From NCBI GenBank assembly GCA_013791675.1, contig VMTI01000114.1, positions 1 to 35,621 of the forward strand: a stretch of DNA of 35,621 bases. The letters run 5' to 3'. The first letter of the stretch is position 1. Every line of letters begins with the position of its first letter. Below, piece by piece: positions 19,801-26,963 of the stretch. Source of the DNA: a bacterium (lineage in GTDB: Bacteria; CG03). Made by a program: the position numbers and the translations under genes. Below the pieces are notes generated by a model. The model did no database searches and was not told where the DNA came from. It worked only from the letters and a program-made list of their open reading frames with translations.

Positions 19801-21252
19801 TACTTCCCGCTCGTTCCCAAAACCGTGAGAAACGCGATGTCATATATTTTGAATGATTTACTCGGTAAACAACACCCATTAGTAGAACAAATTGACGCCG
19901 GACTGCAGCGCGCCGTTCAGGCGGCTATTGACAACAAATTGGGGAGAGCAGTTAAAACCGAAGAAGCCCTCAACTGGCTCGGCTTTACAACCCGCGGGAG
20001 AATGATTGACGGAAATATATCGACACTCCGGGACTTGGTATATGCCGACCTGATAGGAACACTCGGATCAGCCATAAAGAATACCACGCAGGAAACACAT
20101 ATAATCGCGGAATATGGCGGAGTAAAATGGAGTCGCGCGGCCTGGCGGAGTAAAACCGCAAAAGGCAGACAGGAAACAGACGAGGCCGATATCTATACCC
20201 TCGGCGTTGGCGTTAAATTCAGCAAAGGCAAAGGCGCTATAGGCGAAGCTTCTCAAGTAATGACAACCCTGTTCAGAGCAAAAGACAAAGGCAGTCGCCA
20301 GAAGGCATACCTCTGCGGAATAATAACGGCAGAAGACTGGGTGCCTAAATATGAAGCCGGGAAGATAACGGCAGACGAATTGGCGAGCAAACTAAAATTC
20401 ACATTGAGAACAGACGCTCAATACCAAATAGGAATGATGGTTATACTGGACGACCCAAAAGCGTATACCGAACCGGTTATCAATAACCTGACAAAAAGGG
20501 TAAGAGATAAAATACTGAAACTGAAAGAAACCGACCCCATTGCCGCAAAGATATTCTATCTCGGTCACCTTTCCGGCTATTGGGCGCAAGCAATGACACA
20601 ATACCCATATTACGCCGAAGAAACGGAAGCGCTTTATCGCGGGCCGGCAGGTAAACTGCTGGGGACATTCGGAACATGGCCTCCCCGTTTTGCCGCTATG
20701 GTAAACCGGTGGGCTCACGGCGGGGCTGACGGACGCAAGGCATTCATCAGATATATCCTGCAATGGATTTTAATAATAACAGCAGGTTCGACGATGGGTA
20801 TCAATTTCAAGAAATGGATAGGCCCTGCATCGTGGAGAATAGGGAACGGTTTTGCCACTGTACTTGGTGCCCCCGGTTATCTGGCGTTGGCTATCTCAAG
20901 TTATGTAGGCAGTATTATGACCGACAGTAAATGGGATTTAACAAAAGCAAATGATTGGATGTATAAAATGAGAGGAAGTATACGCGCCCCCGGACAAAGG
21001 CAAATCAAATCAACTGTCGAAGCCCTAACCACCCCGGGATTAACAGACTGGGAAAGATTAAAGATATTCACGCAAATGCCCCAGACTGAAGAATTTTCAG
21101 AGAAGCGCCGGAAGATAAAGCGAGATGTAAAAAAGGCAATAAAAAGTAAATCAACATACCAGGGCGGAACAGTACGAACCGGATCGTCCGGCGAAACCGT
21201 GAGAAGCGGAGGAACAGTAAGCACCAGAAGCGGCGGAACCGTGAGGAGATAA
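13801..21252 (+). CDS. giant polyvalent ejection-type protein (2483 aa) with sigma70-like, RadC/JAB and Dam-like N6A MTase domains
   Basis: Third gene of the ejection cluster. Sigma ~15480-16140; RadC ~16357-16700 (HNHPSG at 16576); MTase ~17794-18708 (DVFGGSG at 17926, DPPY at 18391); helical C-terminus with hydrophobic segments ~20740-20920. Confidence 0.9.
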   Translation: MALSADEFLGIKPKRKAQSADAFLGIKPSADEFLGIQEEQTPKPYAGLTPEQIQVEKERQRQAGTMPQTPQEQFIPMPEGGPRRDVFQQPPQIQPPIAQAPGAIQIPQAMQMPTPQQQGMQMPSMPVPQQMQPQPGPQMLPEQVEQLRQSVQPGEMAKMMWQGAVEGGATAASGFTGIYKVGEQIIKGEDLLTSMQTATDAIQKGQTLGDLLREGYEPQTKSVFQNFVAYAGRDLTAWALDTITNPKELAELYLWSKGIGMIRRAGVTGVNAIAEKFVDSPGVLGKLSRAGLAERKLADVLPKYTEADAVAIRKFFYNVDNKFGRGAADRVWRSLYEKGKTWEKSRVTSLIQKIKGAGAEKRTELLAKEILGQVKKAPVQRVSEGITGGEVKARLGQWGGGGIGKIKTPKGASTALEQIDDLIKTRASLPTKPTAEMPNPDAVLNDITGAINSAVKAAGEYFKSVGEEAFRYASGETLKNKIIDLVKKNPELREHLDIQVLMPAAVSPAAKPAEVKPAIVSEEAPEEEYVAPTAEQEETARILGTAELTKEEIAQGKQASVGRLISSIAKTEQRGNPSISFADLVQAGNIGTMKAYKNYIPGETKFSTYAYKSIRSAIREEIARQKNLITYPQSVRRKLNRVYKAIFEIQQDTGIVDRIPPTSRIAARTGMLNKEIDELLSTQLTRMEKLEQQEEGQKTTYIETLPGTEARQVEITEIKDRVSHLTKGLSERELQIIDLKYGLTSGSTMNVRDIADEFKISKTRVGQIIDIAISKMKARAGITTEATDEQITMLFEHKRALTETVQTELTFGTTKKRDAGALEMIKNMDLNKEREQVVLKEIKIKHIKTEGWKITDDKSAVKFVNLIRHPGIEHFTIIYTDKTGKIITYKVFSSGAVDYVDVKELYPILSRDMKADPNIVNFWIGHNHPSGNPEASTNDRILMKALTKIPKFAGHIITDHKTYTSIGKDGSERLKQQTQKLEDWSGVESSIKSINDIANSFMALTNKDAKMAVAILTTKQQNTIAAELINEKDLSKEMLDKLEKKYGASNITIVSNFNIKNPESAGIKKSKWVTEYNIYNREKKKITAELAEPAFRVAEDEKDNLGDFSYLHTPEETDILTPTNEEIQREWAGITREALNIWNKERETNFFYMIEHGENPFGVTGSEDPSLPPPQRAWIADGLGGEWDALPDFVKKKLNQADIRSKAYKATHADTGGTDRYTESMGIDDFNTVIDALHKVKPIGKRPTVAGPVDHDFINHYFTSPEGQKALRDNREGGITSKDVKEEIARMARIMIQWDEQAPIIQPTGNSKVPVAVYRRTVENTQFKKDNSPMQWAGAKDQMLGYILNILGLPSELNKVTAAGLEKLSRFEYVYDVFGGSGYMTLLAQELFKDAETNLNELDADMQKIWATIKTNPEGVKARIAELSTWIHMPMKSVPVDWWNHLKEKFGKYYWATDELWTAATILKNNTGRDTTTKISPTKVHEIWNSITPYSRKLNKANIEQRDAIEIIDEALKFPQNKAEKTLLILDPPYLWTSGYKHGANFERPAGFMELLDKLEQLNKKGISFMFFNSEPASVFPRVIYDWSQYLKFDEMQRRLNELAEMPGMTVLRMVAPAGVASSKFVPRKEIIITNLETGGYKAGKIKKLPWSKVSDYIKVTKIGIELIGQEIKGAPIENPLTTKQKRMIAVLAKNTPFQWEGDYTHEFRQFAERTIGKKRLTLMTETEGKELISAIMKYKKINREITNRTRTMNMSPALLKQQIHSIFPDKRRISELNDEQLKILNESLTLYEHTESVPMLHLIRYTSDWLGTWAGRQKSPAAMNLYHSFKSLEANTKDGREWRLKLIQQFREVFEGMNAKQREKIFNFMHRPKGTTMAEFMAERETYGLTDAEKKAALQARELWNRLFKAAGMKGERYWKEYQPLIFRMLKDPDTVIKEFRHLPKKEVEMFFEKQRIAEGDFILAGAEQLTDPIELFEIYSAGVVKKKYIWPAAANVEKYFPLVPKTVRNAMSYILNDLLGKQHPLVEQIDAGLQRAVQAAIDNKLGRAVKTEEALNWLGFTTRGRMIDGNISTLRDLVYADLIGTLGSAIKNTTQETHIIAEYGGVKWSRAAWRSKTAKGRQETDEADIYTLGVGVKFSKGKGAIGEASQVMTTLFRAKDKGSRQKAYLCGIITAEDWVPKYEAGKITADELASKLKFTLRTDAQYQIGMMVILDDPKAYTEPVINNLTKRVRDKILKLKETDPIAAKIFYLGHLSGYWAQAMTQYPYYAEETEALYRGPAGKLLGTFGTWPPRFAAMVNRWAHGGADGRKAFIRYILQWILIITAGSTMGINFKKWIGPASWRIGNGFATVLGAPGYLALAISSYVGSIMTDSKWDLTKANDWMYKMRGSIRAPGQRQIKSTVEALTTPGLTDWERLKIFTQMPQTEEFSEKRRKIKRDVKKAIKSKSTYQGGTVRTGSSGETVRSGGTVSTRSGGTVRR
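15480..16140 (+). other. sigma70-family domain (regions 2, 3, 4) inside the giant protein
   Basis: RLISSIAK..DLVQAGNIGTMKA..KFSTYAYKSIRSAI..PPTSRIAARTG..LSERELQIIDLKYGL..IADEFKISKTRVGQIIDIAISKMK is colinear with RpoD RLVISIAK..DLIQEGNIGLMKA..KFSTYATWWIRQAI..EPT.EE.A..LT.RE..VL..RFG...VTRERIRQIEAKALRKL. Confidence 0.92.
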
Positions 21253-21255
21253 AAT

Positions 21256-21423
21256 ATGGCACTATGGACAATAACAACCCGCGACACGACTGACTGGCCG
21301 TTGAGCAAAAGAGGCGGCTGGTTCACGGGGCAGTGGTTTATATCCGGTTGGTTTTCACCAGACGGTGTAATCGATAAATGGACAAAGACAGTAAAATCTG
21401 TTATAAGCTGGGTAGTAAAATAA
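21256..21423 (+). CDS. 55-aa Trp-rich small protein
   Basis: MALWTITTRDTTDWPLSKRGGWFTGQWFISGWFSPDGVIDKWTKTVKSVISWVVK*; GAGGAG RBS; fills the gap exactly. Confidence 0.6.
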   Translation: MALWTITTRDTTDWPLSKRGGWFTGQWFISGWFSPDGVIDKWTKTVKSVISWVVK

Positions 21424-21435
21424 AGGAGGCGGAAT

Positions 21436-21726
21436 ATGGCAGGCATCGACACGACTAACGGATATTTTAGAAAGCCGGCGTACGGCACATCCGGCGAAGC
21501 AGAGAAAGCCCTGTTTGACGCAGCTCTCGACCGCGCGGATGCGGAAATAGCATCACTAAAAGCCAGACTTGACGGGGGCGAAATAAGACGCCTGACGACC
21601 GCTCAAATACAGGCGATATGTTCCGGCGGAGACGCCACAAAAGTAAGGATATTTTTTAACACCTCCCGGGGAACGGAGGGCACTTTGGAAATGTGGATTG
21701 GGTGGTCGCTTGCGAAGCCGCTATAG
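21436..21726 (+). CDS. hypothetical tail-associated protein
   Basis: AAGGAGG RBS; directly before the tail fibre. Confidence 0.65.
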   Translation: MAGIDTTNGYFRKPAYGTSGEAEKALFDAALDRADAEIASLKARLDGGEIRRLTTAQIQAICSGGDATKVRIFFNTSRGTEGTLEMWIGWSLAKPL

Positions 21727-21735
21727 GAGATATAT

Positions 21736-23964
21736 ATGAAAAAAATACTGCTCGGTTTATTTTTATCTGTAGCGATATTATCGGCATGGTCTGACTCATT
21801 TTATCAGCCCGTTTACAACGACACTACCACACCGACAACTGTCGATTACCATGTGGCCGGCAGATTCTTCATAGGCCCGTCAACATATACATATGGCGTA
21901 GCGATATCATCATGGCAGATACGACTGCAGGACGGCACAATCATAACCTCAACGGCGGCATTCGCAGGAGCGGATAACCTAACATCTGAAATAGCAAGAG
22001 CAACCGCAAGAGAGAATGACATAGCAGTATCCACCGGAAATATACAAACGGACTTAGACATCGCAGAGGCGCGGCTTGTTTCCGTGGGAGTGGATACCGG
22101 CACGATAAAGGCGGCGCTGAACGCGGAAATTACGGATACCGATACAAACTTCGGGAATGTAGCCATAGATACCACGACATTGGGGACTGACCTTACTACC
22201 GAAATATCTGACAGGCAGACAGGTGATAGCGACCTCGGTTATTCTACGGGAGTTATAAGCGGGCAGATAGACAGTTTGCAAACACAAATATCAAATAATG
22301 ATGACGCGATAGAGGCACTCGGCGTAAGCACAGGCACAATATATGCGGCATTGCAGTCAACAGGTGCGGCTCTCTCCGCGGAGATTACAAGGGCGACCGA
22401 TAGGGAAAATGATATAGCCGTAGGCACAGGAACAAATAAAACGGCAATAGATTTGAATACATCGGGCGTTGCTGATTTGCGTGTTTCAACGGGCACGAAT
22501 TATGCGGCGATAAATTCTACGGCGGCGGCATTGACGGCGGAGATAGCAAGGGCGGTTGCGAGAGAAAACAATATAGCGTATTCAACGGGAACAACCTATG
22601 CGGCGTTGCAGGCGACATTCACATATTTGAATGAATATAAACTTGGAGTAACAGCGAAAGCCGCGGACAGCGAATTACTTGCCGGCAGGAATTACGACGC
22701 TTTTGTTTCTACTATGGGCGATACGATGAGCGGAGATTTAATTATAGAAGGATATGCGAATCCGATGAGCAACAGAAAATCGCTGATGTTAAAAGACAAG
22801 TATAGTGGTTTTGGCGGAACAATTACGGTGGACAGTGAGGGATTAAAAGTAATTAGTTCTGGGCAGTTAATACTTTATGGCGAGGATACAGCAGGTTTAT
22901 ATATCACATCTGACGGATGCGTTTTTCTAAAAAATGTGGAATTTGACCCCAATTTAACTCTAAGTATGAACGAAGGAAAAATCACAAACATCTCCACATC
23001 CCCCGTAAACAACGGCGACGCCTCAACAAAGGGCTACACGGATTACGCTATAATGAAGGCGACGGACGCAATCGGCGGCGGTTCAGGTGATATGACAAAA
23101 GCCGTCTATGATACCGACGCAAATAATGTCGTTGACAATGTTCAAAAGCGATATGTTTATTTCTCAAAAGTGGGAGAACTCTCATCTTTTACCGGAGATA
23201 GTTGGGGAAGTGATTTTAGACTTTTGCCGGATACCTACACCCTTACAAAAGCGTATATTATGCAGGGGTCGACAGGAACAACAGATACTATTATACACGT
23301 CGGAAATCAGGATAATCTTGAGATAGCGGCGTTCACAATTCCGGTGGGAGCTGATTGCGTAGAATTATCAACGAGCGTGGTTTTTAATAAATGCGATATA
23401 ATAAATTATCACATAGACGATATAGCAACTCCGACAAACTTAATGGTATGGAACGCCGGATTTGAGGACTCTCAAACAGGCGTAGCGGGTTCATCGTGGA
23501 CAGAATTAGGAACAGCGGAGAGTATAGGCAGGCAATCAGATTTTGCGCACAAAGGAACTTATTCCTGCCGCTTTGATAATTTAACGACTTCCTATTCTGG
23601 CAGGTGGATAGCATATTCCACGGTCACAATAACAGCGACGGAAACCTATACTGTATCGGCTTGGTTCAGGACGAATTACGCCACCACTACTAATATACGA
23701 TTGTATATTGACCTGTTTGACGCAGGCAATAATCTTGTCGGAACAGTGACAAGCGGAGCGACTAATTTAACAAGCGATAGCACGTGGGGGGGAATTTCAA
23801 TATCAACGACAGCGGCGAGCAATGTTACGCAGGGAAGATTAAATATAGACGCAAACGAAAGTATAAATAACGATGCCGAAGTATGGATAGACCAATGCCT
23901 TGTGGGTATAAATATCCCTGCTATCAGTAATCTTGCTATAACGCTGGAGCTTGAAAAGCAATGA
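21736..23964 (+). CDS. tail fibre/receptor-binding protein with coiled-coil repeats and C-terminal carbohydrate-binding-like module
   Basis: Three L..EI.RA..REN.IA..TG repeats, ITNIS.SPVNNGDASTKGYTD neck motif, C-terminal NAGFED..W..AHKGTYS (CBM4/9-like); signal-peptide-like N-terminus. Confidence 0.75.
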   Translation: MKKILLGLFLSVAILSAWSDSFYQPVYNDTTTPTTVDYHVAGRFFIGPSTYTYGVAISSWQIRLQDGTIITSTAAFAGADNLTSEIARATARENDIAVSTGNIQTDLDIAEARLVSVGVDTGTIKAALNAEITDTDTNFGNVAIDTTTLGTDLTTEISDRQTGDSDLGYSTGVISGQIDSLQTQISNNDDAIEALGVSTGTIYAALQSTGAALSAEITRATDRENDIAVGTGTNKTAIDLNTSGVADLRVSTGTNYAAINSTAAALTAEIARAVARENNIAYSTGTTYAALQATFTYLNEYKLGVTAKAADSELLAGRNYDAFVSTMGDTMSGDLIIEGYANPMSNRKSLMLKDKYSGFGGTITVDSEGLKVISSGQLILYGEDTAGLYITSDGCVFLKNVEFDPNLTLSMNEGKITNISTSPVNNGDASTKGYTDYAIMKATDAIGGGSGDMTKAVYDTDANNVVDNVQKRYVYFSKVGELSSFTGDSWGSDFRLLPDTYTLTKAYIMQGSTGTTDTIIHVGNQDNLEIAAFTIPVGADCVELSTSVVFNKCDIINYHIDDIATPTNLMVWNAGFEDSQTGVAGSSWTELGTAESIGRQSDFAHKGTYSCRFDNLTTSYSGRWIAYSTVTITATETYTVSAWFRTNYATTTNIRLYIDLFDAGNNLVGTVTSGATNLTSDSTWGGISISTTAASNVTQGRLNIDANESINNDAEVWIDQCLVGINIPAISNLAITLELEKQ

Positions 23965-24311
23965 AAAAACTATTTACTCTTTTAGCATTATTTTTTCTTG
24001 CCTTATTTTCTATTGCGGCGAGGGCATCTCAATGGAGTAAAGTTAGAAAAGCATACTTAAAAGCTCATCCTGTTTGCGAGGTTTGCGGTAGTAAGAAAAA
24101 ATTACAGGTTCATCATATAATTCCTTACGCAGAGGATAAGTCGCTGGAGCTTGAGCCGAGCAACCTAATAACGCTTTGCAGTCGGTGTCATTTGATTTTT
24201 GGACACTTTGGAAACTACAAAACATATAATCCTTTTGTTCGGGAAGACGCCGAATGGTTTAGAAAAAGAATGAAAAACGCGAAGATTATTGACGGAGATT
24301 TAGAAACGTGA
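23961..24311 (+). CDS. HNH endonuclease with signal-peptide-like N-terminus
   Basis: CEVC..LQVHHIIP..NLITLCSRCH; N-terminus MKKLFTLLALFFLALFSIAARA. Confidence 0.85.
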   Translation: MKKLFTLLALFFLALFSIAARASQWSKVRKAYLKAHPVCEVCGSKKKLQVHHIIPYAEDKSLELEPSNLITLCSRCHLIFGHFGNYKTYNPFVREDAEWFRKRMKNAKIIDGDLET

Positions 24312-24490
24312 TTGCCGACGAAATACGGGAACGGTTGGAAAAAATAGAGAAGGCCCTCGAACGCCTCGATATGGGGAATGTTATTTACAAGGAATTGACG
24401 GGTCATTATAATCGGCTGAAGGATGATATGAAAAAAGATATCGATGAGATAAAAAAAATACTTGATGGAGGTGATGATGGCGACACTTAA
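24308..24490 (+). CDS. small coiled-coil protein
   Basis: GTG start overlapping the HNH stop, GGAG upstream. Confidence 0.55.
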   Translation: MIADEIRERLEKIEKALERLDMGNVIYKELTGHYNRLKDDMKKDIDEIKKILDGGDDGDT

Positions 24491-24716
24491 ATTGAACGGT
24501 TACGCCCCGTGGCTTATGCTGATACTTGTTTTAGCGACAACGGCGGGGGCAATTCTGGTAAAAACCGGGGGCGTAAAAGAACGGATAAACAACAATTCCG
24601 CGCGAATATCCGGCAACACGGCTGACATAAAAGAATTGGACAAAATCTTCAATACTACGATAAAGCAAATATCAGAGGACTTGGGAAAGATTAAGCAGGC
24701 AGTGGGGGTTAAATGA
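24477..24716 (+). CDS. holin-like membrane protein
   Basis: GGAGG RBS; one TM helix (WLMLILVLATTAGAILV) followed by a coiled coil; upstream of the endolysin. Confidence 0.5.
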   Translation: MATLKLNGYAPWLMLILVLATTAGAILVKTGGVKERINNNSARISGNTADIKELDKIFNTTIKQISEDLGKIKQAVGVK

Positions 24717-24796
24717 TTTTCAATATCCCGGAATTTTGGTATAGTGTAGCAGGGGCATTGATTGTTGTATACGCAATAAGGAGTTTACTGAAATGA
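24713..24796 (+). CDS. 27-aa single-TM peptide in the lysis cassette
   Basis: MIFNIPEFWYSVAGALIVVYAIRSLLK*; overlaps the upstream stop and the endolysin ATGA. Confidence 0.45.
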   Translation: MIFNIPEFWYSVAGALIVVYAIRSLLK

Positions 24797-25176
24797 CGAC
24801 AGAACAATGGATGACGATTAAGCATTTCACCTATCGTGAATTTGTATCACCAGATACCGGCGAGGAGAATATGGATTATCGTATGGTTCATTTTCTTGAT
24901 ATTATGAGGCAGATATTAGGCTTTCCGATAGTGATAACCAGCGGGTATAGAACGCCGGAATATAATGCGAAGATTGGCGGAGTGGCGGACAGCGCCCATT
25001 TGCGCGGACTGGCGGTTGATATAAAATGCGTGAGCTCATTTACGCGCTGGAAGATAGTAAATTTTGTTATGAATTGGTATAATGGCGTAGAGGTAAGAAG
25101 GGCTGGGATTGGCGATACTTTTCTGCATATCGATATAGACAGCAGTTTGCCAAATCCCGTGATGTGGACATATTAA
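24793..25176 (+). CDS. endolysin, peptidase M15A family
   Basis: ITSGYR..N..IGG..SAHLRGLAVDI...FLHIDI Zn-peptidase motifs. Confidence 0.9.
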   Translation: MTTEQWMTIKHFTYREFVSPDTGEENMDYRMVHFLDIMRQILGFPIVITSGYRTPEYNAKIGGVADSAHLRGLAVDIKCVSSFTRWKIVNFVMNWYNGVEVRRAGIGDTFLHIDIDSSLPNPVMWTY

Positions 25177-25186
25177 GGAGGATATT

Positions 25187-25639
25187 ATGAAAATTGAAAT
25201 TGACATGAAGATTGTGAAAGATTTGGTGGCTCACATGAAAGAGCAGCTCGGCACGGCAGAAATGAAAAACAAATTCCTGCAAATCCGTACGGACTGGAAG
25301 GCCAATCCCCTGAAAGTCAAAGGATCCATCAAAGACTTCCTCGCGCAAATGCAGATAAAATTCGCTATGGTCGACATCTTCGTCACCACGGTTATGGCCG
25401 CCGCCGACAAAGCCTCGGCATTCTTCAAGGGAATAGGGCAAATAGACCCCAAAACAAAGACCGGGGCCGAATGCCTCGAGGCCGGAGCGCTATTCCTGGA
25501 CAGCGTGGTTAAATTCCCCATGTCCTTCACCGGCCGGCTCCTCGAAATGTTCGACAAGAAAATATTTTACTTCCTGCTCCAACTGTTCTTCTACTTCCAC
25601 AAAAAGAAGAAAAATGACGGCTATGTGATAGAGATATAA
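25187..25639 (+). CDS. hypothetical protein (lysis region)
   Basis: AAGGAGG RBS; hydrophobic C-terminal segment followed by KKKK. Confidence 0.65.
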   Translation: MKIEIDMKIVKDLVAHMKEQLGTAEMKNKFLQIRTDWKANPLKVKGSIKDFLAQMQIKFAMVDIFVTTVMAAADKASAFFKGIGQIDPKTKTGAECLEAGALFLDSVVKFPMSFTGRLLEMFDKKIFYFLLQLFFYFHKKKKNDGYVIEI

Positions 25640-25641
25640 CC

Positions 25642-26133
25642 ATGAAAAAGTTTACATATTATCTGGTAGCGATAGCTCTGTTTTCAACACAATGCCACGC
25701 ATGGTCATGGTTCGGCGCCGAATTCAAGAACGAAATGACCAAGCAGCAGAACAGCACCAACAAGCGCCTATCCGATATTAAGGCCGGAATCAATGATGTT
25801 CAGCTTAAGCTCGGAAATATCTCGCTGTCTCTCCAGGCCCAGGCAAACGCCACCGCAAAGGTTCAAGCCGGAATCGACAAGAGCAATACGCAGAGCGCCG
25901 GCCGCGATATTATCTCAACAGAGAACAACAGCACAGAACTGATGCTTAAAATCTTTGAGGGCGTCTCGGCCTTGTTTCTCGCAATGTTCGCTTTCATGAA
26001 GGCCCGCGTAAATGTGCTCTCGAAACAGAACGAATATCTTACCGAAAGCCGAAAAAAATATCAGGATCGCTTTCTGAAACTGCTTTCCCCGGAATACGAA
26101 AAACTCGTAGACAAGGAAAATCCCGAATCGTAG
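25642..26133 (+). CDS. membrane/periplasmic coiled-coil protein, possibly spanin-like
   Basis: Signal-peptide-like N-terminus, coiled coil, second hydrophobic helix (IFEGVSALFLAMFAFM); last gene of the lysis cassette. Confidence 0.5.
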   Translation: MKKFTYYLVAIALFSTQCHAWSWFGAEFKNEMTKQQNSTNKRLSDIKAGINDVQLKLGNISLSLQAQANATAKVQAGIDKSNTQSAGRDIISTENNSTELMLKIFEGVSALFLAMFAFMKARVNVLSKQNEYLTESRKKYQDRFLKLLSPEYEKLVDKENPES

Positions 26134-26212
26134 AACGAAAAAAAAGAAAACCCCCGCAACAACCGAAAATCTTTCTCACCCCCCTACCCCCCAGACGCTT
26201 TCGCATTCTGTT

Positions 26213-26244
26213 CTATTATGTGTCAGATTACCGGATTTGTCCAG
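26213..26244 (-). promoter_or_regulatory. phage-specific promoter motif, copy P1 (leftward)
   Basis: Minus strand CTGGACA-AATCCGGTAATCTGACA-CATAAT-AG. Confidence 0.75.
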
Positions 26245-26778
26245 CCCAACATCAAAATCCAAACATAAATTCCCCGATTTCACTCACAAATCAACAGAAA
26301 CCCCTCAAATTCGCTGTTTAAGCCACTTTCCCCCATTCAACGAGTAACGAGCCGATACTTTAACCATTATGCGAAATTTAAACCATAAAACCCCCCATAG
26401 CTTTTGAAATTAAACCAATGTCAAGACCCCCTCTTTGGCACTGGATGGCATATTATAGGGGTGTACCACGGTTCATCACTCGACCCAGTGCGCCCTATAT
26501 GGCGAGCCGACACCCCCCTCCCCCCCCTATGCAATGAGCAGAACAACGGCGACCGCGAAAGGACAGCACCAGGATCGCAGCACTACACACAGCACAGCAC
26601 AGGGCAGGGGCAGGCAATACAGGGTAGAGCCGGTTCGTAATACGCACGAGGTCGAGCACAGAGGCACGAACGACAGCGACGGCAGACACAGACACGCGGG
26701 AGAAGGCGAGCACAACAGACAGCAAGCGAAGCAGGGCAGTAGCGATAACGGCGGGGAGAGCGTGAAAATCAAGGCGTC

Positions 26779-26876
26779 GCAAGGACTTTCAAGCCCAAGT
26801 TGTGATAATGTTGATTATGTAAACTTTTAGAGACCGGAGAGCCCACGAAAATGCCGACAGGGCAAGGACTTTCAAG
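26779..26876 (+). repeat. 15-bp direct repeat GCAAGGACTTTCAAG (26779-26793, 26862-26876)
   Basis: Exact repeat on either side of the first dif-like site. Confidence 0.85.
26798..26825 (+). other. dif: dif-like XerC/XerD recombination site 1
   Basis: AGTTGTGATAA-TGTTGA-TTATGTAAACT: 11-6-11 layout, partial dyad, right arm matches the B. subtilis-type XerD arm TTATGTAAACT. Confidence 0.8.
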
Positions 26877-26935
26877 GGCAAATACTACTTAATACCCCTT
26901 AATACCCTTTCACGAAGGGTGCACGAACAGGGAAA

Positions 26936-26963
26936 AGTTTACATAACATATTTTACTTTCCGA
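26936..26963 (-). other. dif-like site 2, inverted, degenerate XerC arm
   Basis: Minus strand TCGGAAAGTAA-AATATG-TTATGTAAACT. Confidence 0.6.

Noticed and set aside
6446-23964. Host assignment from the STG/VTATYG-rich repeat style or from the Bacillus-like XerD arm
   Set aside because: Impression only; this XerD arm type is not restricted to one phylum, and a database search is needed.
833-25557. Numerous minus-strand ORFs in the track
   Set aside because: All lie antisense to well-supported + strand genes and have no recognisable motifs.
26602-26609. KOPS-like GGGCAGGG upstream of dif1
   Set aside because: Single copy in purine-rich sequence, on the XerC side; no polarised series seen.
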